From NCBI GenBank assembly GCA_964426185.1, contig CAYRPF010000004.1:53464-85463 (forward strand): a DNA stretch of 32,000 nucleotides, given 5' to 3'. This stretch comes from an uncultured archaeon (GTDB taxonomy: Archaea; Asgardarchaeota; Lokiarchaeia; Sigyniarchaeales; Promethearchaeaceae). The translations under genes and the position numbers were made by a program. Every line of letters begins with the position of its first letter. Positions within the stretch are counted from its first letter, which is position 1. The notes under the pieces were generated by a model that made no database searches, was not told where the DNA came from, and saw only the letters and a list, made by a program, of their open reading frames with translations. Positions 9,543 through 18,468 of the stretch are shown here, in pieces.

Positions 9543-10547
9543 TTAAAAAGATACGGGATGTAAAAATTGCTGTTGGACACGATGAAGGATTTCTTTTCGA
9601 GAGGAGAATCCTCGGGGACCAGGTTGTTCAATTAAAAAAGACGATGCAGCCGAAGCAAGTGTTGCACAACGCATTAAATGCTTTTTGGCCAAATTCGATT
9701 CTGGCGACTTTGTTGATTTTACTAATTCTGTCAACAAAACTGCCATAAAACAATCTCCTGCTCCTGTTTCATCTACACAGCTATTAGGGTGAAAAGCACT
9801 GAGAGAAATATGTGAACTATCTGGATGATAATACAAGAAACCTTGCGCTCCCATTGTAGTAAAAACGTGTATGCCTAAACTTCCTAATTTTTTCGTGGCA
9901 GATGGAATTGATGATTCATTTGTTAGATAAAGGGCTTCATCCCCGCTGGCTTTGAGGATAAAACGATTTCCCAATAAGTGAAAAATAGGAGAGAATTCTT
10001 TCCATACATGATTACAGTCTTTTGAAATTAATAATCCATCTTCATCAAAATCACGAATAATTCCTTGAACATCTAAACCAATTATTGTATTTTGTAATAA
10101 TTTATGTTCTGCAATTTGATGTAGCGTTTTAGATGAAATTTCTCCTGCTATCGGCGTGAAATGAATTGATTTTGCCGAAAATAAGAAATCTGGAATATCT
10201 GATATAGTAATTTGAGGGGCTTTTTGTTTTAGCCGTAATCGTCGCACGGCCCCATCATAATATAACTCGTAGGTTGTAGTCTTTGCGTTTTTATCAACAA
10301 TCACCCCGGAGGTATCGATTTTTTTTTTATGGAAGGGTGTTAAATGAGCTGGATCAAAGTCATTTCCTATTTTAGAAACAATTGCAATATTTGCACTGGA
10401 ATCAAAGTTGGCTGCCGCTAAACTCCCATATGTAACTCCACCTCCCAAAGTACGCGGCTGATTTTCATTATGGGAATTAGATCGGTCATGGAAAATATAA
10501 TCATACGCAAAATGACCAATCAATCCTAAGTCGAAAGTTTTCGGCAT
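9543..10547 (-). CDS. PfkB/ribokinase-family carbohydrate kinase
   Basis: GHFAYD, LGGGVTY, LDVQG and the C-terminal signature DETGAGDCF. Confidence 0.9.
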   Translation of the reverse strand: MPKTFDLGLIGHFAYDYIFHDRSNSHNENQPRTLGGGVTYGSLAAANFDSSANIAIVSKIGNDFDPAHLTPFHKKKIDTSGVIVDKNAKTTTYELYYDGAVRRLRLKQKAPQITISDIPDFLFSAKSIHFTPIAGEISSKTLHQIAEHKLLQNTIIGLDVQGIIRDFDEDGLLISKDCNHVWKEFSPIFHLLGNRFILKASGDEALYLTNESSIPSATKKLGSLGIHVFTTMGAQGFLYYHPDSSHISLSAFHPNSCVDETGAGDCFMAVLLTELVKSTKSPESNLAKKHLMRCATLASAASSFLIEQPGPRGFSSRKEILHRVQQQFLHPVSF

Positions 10548-10639
10548 GTTACAATATTAAGAAGTGGGTATAAACATTAAAATTATTCATCTCCATACGT
10601 TACACACGAAATTTAAAATTAAGAATTAGTGAAAAAACT

Positions 10640-11569
10640 ATGGTGTTAATTAGAAATCCTGCTGCTGCAGGGCAATTCTATGCCCGATTTAAGCCTGAAT
10701 TAATAAAATCAATTGAAAAATGTTTTAACGATTCTGAATTTGGCCCTGGAGCCCCTTTAATCATTGGCAATGCTCCTGCTGATCAACCGCGTCAAGTTCT
10801 TGGAGCTATATGTCCTCATGCAGGTTATATTTACAGTGGACCTGCTGCTGCTTATTCGTATCAATCGATTTTTAAAGAAAGAGTTCCCGATACAGTAATT
10901 ATCTTAGGTACGCAGCATACTGGATATTATCAAGTTGCTACCATGATTTCGGGAATTTGGAAAACCCCATTAGGACAAGTCAAAGTGGATGAGGATGTTG
11001 CTAAAACTCTCGTTCAAGATAATTCACCGATAATTCCGGATGATGCTGCTTTCAATGGATTTCCCCATGGACGGGAACATAATATTGAAGTTCAAATTCC
11101 GTTTATTCAATACGCTACACTTCAAGCCAAGAAATCCATTCAAATTGTCCCTCTTAAAATAGGTTCTATGGATGCATCTCTTCTAGAAAAGGTAGCTATA
11201 AAAATTGCTGAAGTAATTCAATCTTCTTCAACCAAAGATATCGCAATCATTGCATCATCGGATATGACACATTATCAGCCTAGAAATCCGTATTCACCCA
11301 AAAAGGAAATTGAGTTAAACCAATACGAACGAGATAAGAAAGTGATTTCGGCCTTTGAAAGTTTTAACTGGAGGGATACTTTTAGCAATGCAAAAAAAAC
11401 CACAGTTTGTGGACCTCAAACTATAGCAACGCTCATGATTACTGCTGAAAAATTGGGTTATGGGCATCCACATGCATTAAAATATTATACTAGTTTCCAA
11501 AAAATGGGTGAACAAGTTCCATGTGATTACAGTGTTGGCTATTTTGCTGGCGCCATTTCAAACACTTAA
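10640..11569 (+). CDS. amrB: MEMO1-family protein (AmmeMemoRadiSam protein B)
   Basis: RNPAAAGQFY, PHAGYIYSG, EHNIEVQIPF, ASSDMTHY, TVCG and SVGY motifs. Confidence 0.92.
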   Translation: MVLIRNPAAAGQFYARFKPELIKSIEKCFNDSEFGPGAPLIIGNAPADQPRQVLGAICPHAGYIYSGPAAAYSYQSIFKERVPDTVIILGTQHTGYYQVATMISGIWKTPLGQVKVDEDVAKTLVQDNSPIIPDDAAFNGFPHGREHNIEVQIPFIQYATLQAKKSIQIVPLKIGSMDASLLEKVAIKIAEVIQSSSTKDIAIIASSDMTHYQPRNPYSPKKEIELNQYERDKKVISAFESFNWRDTFSNAKKTTVCGPQTIATLMITAEKLGYGHPHALKYYTSFQKMGEQVPCDYSVGYFAGAISNT

Positions 11570-11582
11570 AAGATAATATGTC

Positions 11583-12374
11583 TCATTTGGGGGGAAGAGT
11601 ATAGTAGTGTAATTTATTTTTTTGCCAATCTCGAATAATTAACTTGCATACTTCATCTTCATTCACCACACCCCCAGCTTTCAACCTCCCATATCTTTTC
11701 CCTATTTTTTCAATAATTTCTGATAATTCATCTTCGGGTTCTAATTGTATTTTGTATGTTTGTTCAAATTGTTCACGCTTAATTAGGGTGTAAATTGCCT
11801 CAACCACGGCGAGAGGGTCTTCTAATTTATCAACTACCATACAAGATTTAATGGCCATTTCTTTCTCGTTTGTTTCATCGATAGGTATTACTCCAGGAGT
11901 GTCGATTAAATACATCTTGTTGGTTAGTTTGATTTTTTGGATAACTCGAGTAAATCCCGCCTTATTGGAAACTCCCGCTTTTTTGGTTCCCCTTGTGAGA
12001 GCTTCAATTAATGATGATTTACCCGTGTTCGGATATCCCACAATAAGTATATTTGTATTGGAACGAATGACCGTTTTTCGTAAAAATTTTTCAAGTTCCA
12101 GAATTCCTCTATTATAGCGTGCGCTAACTGCAAAAATTTTGTATCCTTTGGACTTGAAATATCTTTTCCAATCTTGTATTACAGGATTGGGTATGATATC
12201 AGATTTGTTCAAAATAAGATATATATTGATTTCAGGTCGGTGAGATTTTACAAATTCTTCAATGGTATTATTATGAGTACCTAAAGGATTACGCGCATCG
12301 AGAACTTCCAAAATAATATCTGTTTCTTGAATTACGGTATTAAAAATATCTTTCCAATGTTTTTCTGTTCTCAT
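11583..12374 (-). CDS. Circularly permuted ribosome-biogenesis GTPase (YlqF/RbgA - Nog2/Nug1 family)
   Basis: DAR motif, then G4 NKSD, G5 SA, G1 GYPNTGKSS, G2 GFT and G3 DTPG in permuted order. GGAG RBS upstream. Confidence 0.93.
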   Translation of the reverse strand: MRTEKHWKDIFNTVIQETDIILEVLDARNPLGTHNNTIEEFVKSHRPEINIYLILNKSDIIPNPVIQDWKRYFKSKGYKIFAVSARYNRGILELEKFLRKTVIRSNTNILIVGYPNTGKSSLIEALTRGTKKAGVSNKAGFTRVIQKIKLTNKMYLIDTPGVIPIDETNEKEMAIKSCMVVDKLEDPLAVVEAIYTLIKREQFEQTYKIQLEPEDELSEIIEKIGKRYGRLKAGGVVNEDEVCKLIIRDWQKNKLHYYTLPPK

Positions 12375-12413
12375 CGTGTATATTCTCCTATGGTTATTCT
12401 TTATATATTCAAT

Positions 12414-13049
12414 TTAGTGATTTACCAAGCGAAATCTGCTTCGTTTATACTTATTTCGATAACGTAGTTCTAAAAATTCAAACAAATGATAACCCATTGT
12501 CAGTATGTAGCCAAAAATGAAGTACCAATATTCTGGTGTGAGTAGAAAAAGTAATAATAGCGTCAAGACACCAATGATTATTTCTGCTAATTGACAACCT
12601 CTATTATAAAAATATCTTTTGACGAAAAACCATTTGTGGTCTACTTCTTTTTTCATCAATTCAGGAACTCTATCATATTCATCCTTTGTTAATAATAAAC
12701 GGGGTCCAACTATTCGTCCATTAAAAAAGAAATTTGTGCCCCAATCAAATAAATCTACAAATACATGAAGAAACAATACGATTCCACAACAAATAATCCA
12801 AATTTTTCCAAAAATAAGTCCAACAATGAGAATTATTAACGATAAGTAAAGAGAATGGGTAAAAAACATTCGGTGGTTCTTTTGGGTAGATTTTAGTAAA
12901 TATAAAATATCGAAATCTGGAAGCACTGAAAAGAATGTGATTAATCCGTATTGCCACCAAGTCAATGGCATAAATATTGTCATTAACGAAGCGAAAATTA
13001 TTCCAAAGCCATAATGAAAGGAAAGATGCATTAATGTAAAAAAGCTCAT
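12414..13049 (-). CDS. Membrane-bound metal-dependent hydrolase (YdjM-like); start may be the ATG at 13031
   Basis: N-terminal His, SVLPDFD, HRMFFTHS and LHVFVD motifs plus several TM helices. Confidence 0.8.
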   Translation of the reverse strand: MSFFTLMHLSFHYGFGIIFASLMTIFMPLTWWQYGLITFFSVLPDFDILYLLKSTQKNHRMFFTHSLYLSLIILIVGLIFGKIWIICCGIVLFLHVFVDLFDWGTNFFFNGRIVGPRLLLTKDEYDRVPELMKKEVDHKWFFVKRYFYNRGCQLAEIIIGVLTLLLLFLLTPEYWYFIFGYILTMGYHLFEFLELRYRNKYKRSRFRLVNH

Positions 13050-13082
13050 TAAGGTAAATAAATTTAGTATTTTGAAATTTTA

Positions 13083-14252
13083 ATGAACTTCGATGATTTT
13101 ATTCAATCAATTCAATTGGAGAGCGAGACTCGAATCAAGAAGCTTCTACATTTTTCCAAACAGGTGTGGGGAAATCGTAAATATCTGCCTATTGAGATTC
13201 AAAACAAATGCCTAGACGTTTGGGATGAATTGGCGAGTAATATGGACTGCAATATTGTTCCATTGATTTCGATAGATGAAGACAGCCCAATTTCCAATCT
13301 TATCTTTGGATCTGGTAGTTTTTCCACTGGAAAATTCCAGATTGAACAATATTTAAAAATTCAACAATTGATTCCCAATCCACCAGTTCAATTGCAAGGG
13401 ATTGTAAGCAATAAATCCGAAGGTCATAAATGTAAAGCAGAAACACTCCAAAGGCAATATAATATCCCTTTAGTTCTATTGGATTTTATTGATTGGTATC
13501 ATGAATTTATTGATAAAACTGAGCCAAATCCCATTCGGGCAACCCGTTATTGGTATCCTACTGATTCAGAAGATATTCCTTCTTTAGCAGAGTTAGCTAG
13601 AAGGTTTAAGATTCGTCAGAACGAATATCATTCAGTGTTAGGCGAGAAAATTGCTTCTACTTTTTCACATCCTACAGAAATTGTAAGTGCGCGTGGTTAT
13701 AACTTTCAATTTTGTAGTAATATCTTTCCACACCAGCAAAATCATCTCCCTGCCATAAATGATACTCATCCTGGAGATCTTACCTATTTAGATCCTAAGA
13801 CTCATGAGAAATTATATGCGGGCTGGCAAGCAGGAGCGGTTCAGAAAATGATTGATGATAATCTGCATCAAATTTTTCACGGTAGTCTTATTGAAGTCGG
13901 TTACATGGACTCATTTAATCAAATCTCTGAAGTTGACACAGGTGCAATATTAGCATTGGGTGAAGGTGTGAAAATTCCCGCTGAAAGTAGTTTTACTGCA
14001 GAACAGATTCAATCAGCCATGAAAATTATTGACGATTATTTCTACTGTTCATTTGAGCCCACTGGATTATTATTATTTTGGGGAATAACAGATAAGCCAG
14101 TCCCTGTGGTCTATCAAGATCTTAAAGGAAACCCTGCTATTGTAAAGCAACATGCAGTAGTTGTAGGAGATAAATTTCATAGCGGTATTAATGCATGGGG
14201 TAAAAATATTGACGAAGATTTAGACGAATTAGCCCGTTTTCTCAAATTTTGA
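13083..14252 (+). CDS. Divergent PurN-fold (10-formyl-THF-type) formyltransferase
   Basis: Motifs colinear with GAR transformylase: IFGSGSFST (~LISGxGSN), IVSNK, NIPLV, SARGY (~LAGY), NDTHPGDL (~NIHPSLL), LYAG and EVDTGAIL (~LDxGPII). Confidence 0.65.
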   Translation: MNFDDFIQSIQLESETRIKKLLHFSKQVWGNRKYLPIEIQNKCLDVWDELASNMDCNIVPLISIDEDSPISNLIFGSGSFSTGKFQIEQYLKIQQLIPNPPVQLQGIVSNKSEGHKCKAETLQRQYNIPLVLLDFIDWYHEFIDKTEPNPIRATRYWYPTDSEDIPSLAELARRFKIRQNEYHSVLGEKIASTFSHPTEIVSARGYNFQFCSNIFPHQQNHLPAINDTHPGDLTYLDPKTHEKLYAGWQAGAVQKMIDDNLHQIFHGSLIEVGYMDSFNQISEVDTGAILALGEGVKIPAESSFTAEQIQSAMKIIDDYFYCSFEPTGLLLFWGITDKPVPVVYQDLKGNPAIVKQHAVVVGDKFHSGINAWGKNIDEDLDELARFLKF

Positions 14253-14270
14253 AAATTTTTCATTTTTGAC

Positions 14271-15137
14271 TTAATTCAAATCCATTATTTCTATCTTATT
14301 ATTATCTAAACGTTCCCGCACGCGTTCTTGTCGAATAGAATTCGGAAATTCTAAATCAACTGTTTGGGTAAGTTCTCCTGCTTGGTTTCCCATTTCCCAT
14401 AATTTAAGATGGACAGGGCTTGCTTTGCCTTTATAAAAAGTCAAAATTTTACTTCGACCTATAAATTTTCTTCCAAAAGCTTCATAAACGGAATTACAAG
14501 AAGCAATTGGTATTCGATATTCTAAAGCACGAGCTTGTAAATAGATTTTCCAATTATTTATTCCATCTTCTCGAATTAACGTAGGGGAAAATATCATTTC
14601 TGCCCCATGAGATACCGCTTGAGATAATAAATAGGAAGAAATGTGGAGATCAAAACAAATCAAAATACTGAACTTAAAATTTAGCTGTTTATCATGAAAA
14701 ATAACTAAGTTTTTACCCGGTGAAGCCAATTTTTTTTCAATTCCATAAAGATGGATCTTATTTTGAGAAAATTTTTCATTCCCTTCTGCGTCAAAATAGT
14801 AGCAATTAATAATTGCATTTTGATCAGATGGATTTTTTTCCCAAATGCCTCCCGAAATTATCGGAGTATGGAATTTTCTTGCCCAAGCTTGCACTAAGTG
14901 ATACTGTTCACCTTGCTTGGGCTGAAAAATGTTTTCACGCTCATTTTTTAATTTTATTGACCCATCTGAATTAATCAATAGTGGAAAATCAATATGATAC
15001 CATCTTTCAGGTAAGCAAATTATATCTGGTTTTTTTAGAACTGCCTGTTTGATCAAATTTGATATTTGATTTTGATTTTTCTCGTTATTATAAGTGATCT
15101 GGGGCTGAATTAAAGCAATTTTAATCTGCTTTGCCAT
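14271..15137 (-). CDS. Carbon-nitrogen hydrolase (nitrilase/amidase family)
   Basis: Glu-Lys-Cys triad motifs CLPE, NKIHL and ICFD, plus QARALE and GRSKI. ATG at 15137 preferred over GTG at 15146. Confidence 0.92.
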   Translation of the reverse strand: MAKQIKIALIQPQITYNNEKNQNQISNLIKQAVLKKPDIICLPERWYHIDFPLLINSDGSIKLKNERENIFQPKQGEQYHLVQAWARKFHTPIISGGIWEKNPSDQNAIINCYYFDAEGNEKFSQNKIHLYGIEKKLASPGKNLVIFHDKQLNFKFSILICFDLHISSYLLSQAVSHGAEMIFSPTLIREDGINNWKIYLQARALEYRIPIASCNSVYEAFGRKFIGRSKILTFYKGKASPVHLKLWEMGNQAGELTQTVDLEFPNSIRQERVRERLDNNKIEIMDLN

Positions 15138-15142
15138 TATTC

Positions 15143-15775
15143 TCACGGTTTAAACCATTTGAAGGAGAAATAAGTTTTGTTAGTAGGATTAGCTAAAATA
15201 AATCGTTTCTTAACGCTGGTGGCTAATCGTGCGCTGCGAACAACATCTATCGAAGATATTTTTGTGAATGGTGATAAAACTTGAATACAGAAAGAAGAAT
15301 GATCAATTCCTGGTCCTTGTCGATAAACGATAAAATCTGCCCCGAATTTTTGTCCTGGGCGCGGTATATAATGTTTTTCACGTAAATCTTCATAAATTAT
15401 ATAACGTTCTTCAAAATGTGGATAATTATCTTTACAAAAAGAATAAAATTCATAGAGAGTCCATGCTTTTTTAGAATCTTCTTCAAAAGAATGAAGAGTA
15501 ATTAATTTCTGTTTAAGTAAATAATATGTTTCTAAAGAAGATAATTCCAAAGGTCTTTGAAATGGTTCAATCTTCGGTTTTCGAATTCCAACCGGAATTC
15601 CAAAATATCGTCCAAATCCATACAGAAGATATCCATGAATGTGATTGAAAATCAAGATTTTTTTCCCAATTAATTGTGCTACAATTGGTTCTGATGGAAA
15701 AATGCCCTCTTTTAATTGTTTTTCTTGTTCGATACTTAGTGGGCTTTCTACATCAGGATACGATAATGGGCTCAT
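15143..15775 (-). CDS. endA: tRNA splicing endonuclease, catalytic subunit
   Basis: LELSSLETYYL, RPGQKFGADFIVY (Tyr), GPGIDHS (His) and ARLATSVKK (Lys). Confidence 0.93.
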   Translation of the reverse strand: MSPLSYPDVESPLSIEQEKQLKEGIFPSEPIVAQLIGKKILIFNHIHGYLLYGFGRYFGIPVGIRKPKIEPFQRPLELSSLETYYLLKQKLITLHSFEEDSKKAWTLYEFYSFCKDNYPHFEERYIIYEDLREKHYIPRPGQKFGADFIVYRQGPGIDHSSFCIQVLSPFTKISSIDVVRSARLATSVKKRFILANPTNKTYFSFKWFKP

Positions 15776-15816
15776 TAGGTATTTTTAATTAATCATAAAC
15801 CAAAAATTTTGTGAAT

Positions 15817-16233
15817 TTAAAAATTTAGTTTGAATCCACAATTAAAACAAGTTTTTGCCCGCATTGGGTTATCAAATCCACATTTTGGGCATTTTACAAT
15901 CAAATTCGGTTGATATTCCACATTGAAGCGAATTTCTTTTTCAATTTTTAATTCTAATTTTTTCTGTTTTTTAGCTTGTATATTTACCGTGAATTTATTT
16001 AATCGCCTAGCAACAATTTGAGGATTAAACATGCATGGAAGTAGGAAAAGTAAAATTGCTTCAATTGAAACTAACCATCGAGTCGTATTAGTTGCTGTTC
16101 CATTTGAAAATTTCTGAATATCACGTACGATTAAGGTTAATAAAGAAATGGTGGTGATTAATGATAAAATGGGTGAAATTACTCTTAAGAAAGTTTTTTT
16201 AGATCTTGATTTTTCAGGTAATTTTTGTGCGAT
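15817..16233 (-). CDS. Small 2-TM membrane protein with C-terminal zinc ribbon; probable ATC start (the ORF track calls only 15817..16032)
   Basis: The frame stays open up to a TAG at 16285-16287. The upstream part encodes two hydrophobic helices. RBS GAGGAGAGG lies 6 nt before ATC at 16233. C-terminus is CPKC-x10-CFNC. Confidence 0.7.
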   Translation of the reverse strand: MAQKLPEKSRSKKTFLRVISPILSLITTISLLTLIVRDIQKFSNGTATNTTRWLVSIEAILLFLLPCMFNPQIVARRLNKFTVNIQAKKQKKLELKIEKEIRFNVEYQPNLIVKCPKCGFDNPMRAKTCFNCGFKLNF

Positions 16234-16234
16234 A

Positions 16235-16248
16235 TTCTTCCTCTCCTC
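16235..16248 (-). promoter_or_regulatory. Ribosome-binding site (GAGGAGAGGAAGAA) for the 2-TM zinc-ribbon gene
   Basis: Purine-rich SD-like motif; the same 13-mer precedes the TTG start at 25515. Confidence 0.55.
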
Positions 16249-16336
16249 TAAATTTATTGTTCTTTTAAGAAAATATATTCTTTTCTAAAAGAAAGAATTT
16301 GAAAATAGATAGTGGCAAAAAACAATTAGCAAAAAT

Positions 16337-18448
16337 TTATTTAAATTCGAATTCAATTGTACTGAATTTATTTTCAATATCGATATATTCATAAGGAATA
16401 CCATTGCCTTCATAAAATTTACCGAAAAATTCGTAAAAAGTTAAACGAAGGGCATGAATTCCTGCAAGTACTGATTCTAGGATGATAACGAATAGATTCC
16501 CAAAAATTAGGATAATTATAATTCCTATTTCTGATTCAAACAGTTCAACCATCGAAGTAATAACTAACATCAATCCAATATGTGCCATTGCTAAAGCTAA
16601 TAATCGAGTATAACTCGCCACATTAGATAACATGCTTAAATAAGTCTCTGAGACATCTACTGCTTGTTCTCCGATTAAACCCGATACACTTTCATGTTTT
16701 AGATAGGATATACCTAGTAGTTTCCCTATGGGCTTTCCTATAAGTAATGGTATCGTGGGAATGACAACAAGCAAAACTGGATAGGGAATTGCCGAATTAG
16801 GGGAAAACCATTGCCCAATGTTGAATCCATATGTGAAAATGACATAAGCACCTCCCCACAACATCAATATCTTCCAAAAGGGATTGACAAATGCTAGGAA
16901 GATCTTGCGATTTTGAATATCATTCAACATTTGAATGAAGAGACCTAAACTTAGGTGGATCACTCCAATTATAAGAGATGCTTTCAAAATTTTGGTAACA
17001 TCATCAATTGGATTAGCAAATAGTGGTTTAATAATTTCATCGTTTCCAAAAAAAGCACCATATAAGAACCCTGCCCCCATTGCAGCAATACCTAACCATA
17101 ATAGCAAAAATCCGCCATCGTACATATTACTTTCTTTATTTTTTCTATTAATTAGAATTAAAATTAATCCCAATGCGAACAAAATCAAACCGTGACCAAC
17201 ATCACCAAACATTAATCCGAACAAAATAGGATAAGTTAACGCTACTATTGGAGTAGGATCTATTTCTCTGTAGTTAGTTACACCATAAAGTTGAGTTAAT
17301 AGTCGAAATGGTTTAAAAATTTTTGGAGTTTTAACTAAAGAGGGGATATTTTCTTCCATTACGACTTCTTCTCCAAAACGGGAAAAATCATATTCTTCAT
17401 CTTGAGTCCCTACCACCTTAGGAGTTACTCTTTTTTCTGGTTTTGTTCGAGAAATAGGTAGCACATATATCCTGATTTGAGAATGGAACCTCTTATCAAA
17501 TTCAGATAAAATTTCATCTTGACGGTTAGTGGGGATATATCCATTTAGTCTGACAATATCTCCCCGATAAGTTTCTCTAAATTGTTCCTCTAAAAAGTTA
17601 TATTTTCGACAATTTTTCAAGATTTCAAGAAAACCCCGAAATTTAACTACGTCTTGTTCAAATTTAGATATGGCTACAATTGATTTCTGATATTGTTCTT
17701 CAGTATTTCGGATTTCTTCTTCAATTAAATGCAAATCTAATCCATCTGAATTGAAATAATCTTGGTAATTATCGATTTCTTTTGCGATTTGACTAATTGA
17801 GTTTATGTTATCTTCATGACTTTTATGATAAATCAAAAAGAAAGCCGTATACTCTGAGTTGATTTCTTTAAATTCAAATATTAATGGAATTTCTTCATGT
17901 TCTAAGGCTATTTCAAACTCATTAAAATCATTGTGGCCCAAATAGCATAGCTTAAAGTTCAATTGCTCAAACCAACTGAAGCAAATTTTTTTGGCCTTAT
18001 AATCCTCCGTAATCCATTTAAGAATTTCTTTTTGAACCTTCAAGTTTTCATTCAATCTTAAATATTTATCCCGGTTATTAATATATCCCTTCAATAAATG
18101 GATATTGTGAGTTACGTCTTCATATAATTGATCTACTACATCTTTGACTTCAGAGGCCTTATATTTAAGACGTTTATCCTTTTCTGGAGGGGGAACTTGA
18201 TCTGGATCAATACCCATTTTTTGAAAATAGAATACAAGCATTTCTTCAATTTCCACCAATTTTTGTTCCATTTCTTCTATATCAGTATGAATGGGTTTTA
18301 CTCTCCTTAGTTGATGTGGAATATTTGTTTGGGGTTGTTTAAATTCTTGAATGTGAATTTTATATTTTGGAACTAAATTCAATAATGCAGGTATTTTACT
18401 CTTATGAATTGCAATTTTCAATAAACTCATTTTTTCTGGAGTTAGCAT
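16337..18448 (-). CDS. atpI: A/V-type ATPase subunit I (a)
   Basis: REIDPT, FGLMFGDVGHG, SNVASYTRLLAL (essential Arg) and HALRLTFYEFFGKFY. GAGGTG RBS. Confidence 0.95.
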   Translation of the reverse strand: MLTPEKMSLLKIAIHKSKIPALLNLVPKYKIHIQEFKQPQTNIPHQLRRVKPIHTDIEEMEQKLVEIEEMLVFYFQKMGIDPDQVPPPEKDKRLKYKASEVKDVVDQLYEDVTHNIHLLKGYINNRDKYLRLNENLKVQKEILKWITEDYKAKKICFSWFEQLNFKLCYLGHNDFNEFEIALEHEEIPLIFEFKEINSEYTAFFLIYHKSHEDNINSISQIAKEIDNYQDYFNSDGLDLHLIEEEIRNTEEQYQKSIVAISKFEQDVVKFRGFLEILKNCRKYNFLEEQFRETYRGDIVRLNGYIPTNRQDEILSEFDKRFHSQIRIYVLPISRTKPEKRVTPKVVGTQDEEYDFSRFGEEVVMEENIPSLVKTPKIFKPFRLLTQLYGVTNYREIDPTPIVALTYPILFGLMFGDVGHGLILFALGLILILINRKNKESNMYDGGFLLLWLGIAAMGAGFLYGAFFGNDEIIKPLFANPIDDVTKILKASLIIGVIHLSLGLFIQMLNDIQNRKIFLAFVNPFWKILMLWGGAYVIFTYGFNIGQWFSPNSAIPYPVLLVVIPTIPLLIGKPIGKLLGISYLKHESVSGLIGEQAVDVSETYLSMLSNVASYTRLLALAMAHIGLMLVITSMVELFESEIGIIIILIFGNLFVIILESVLAGIHALRLTFYEFFGKFYEGNGIPYEYIDIENKFSTIEFEFK

Positions 18449-18468
18449 AGTTTTTCACCTCGATTTTT

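Noticed and set aside
15817-15900. CPKCGFDNPMRAKTCFNCG resembles ribosomal protein eL40
   Set aside because: It lacks the basic LRxK tail of eL40 and is fused to two TM helices; a generic zinc ribbon fits better.
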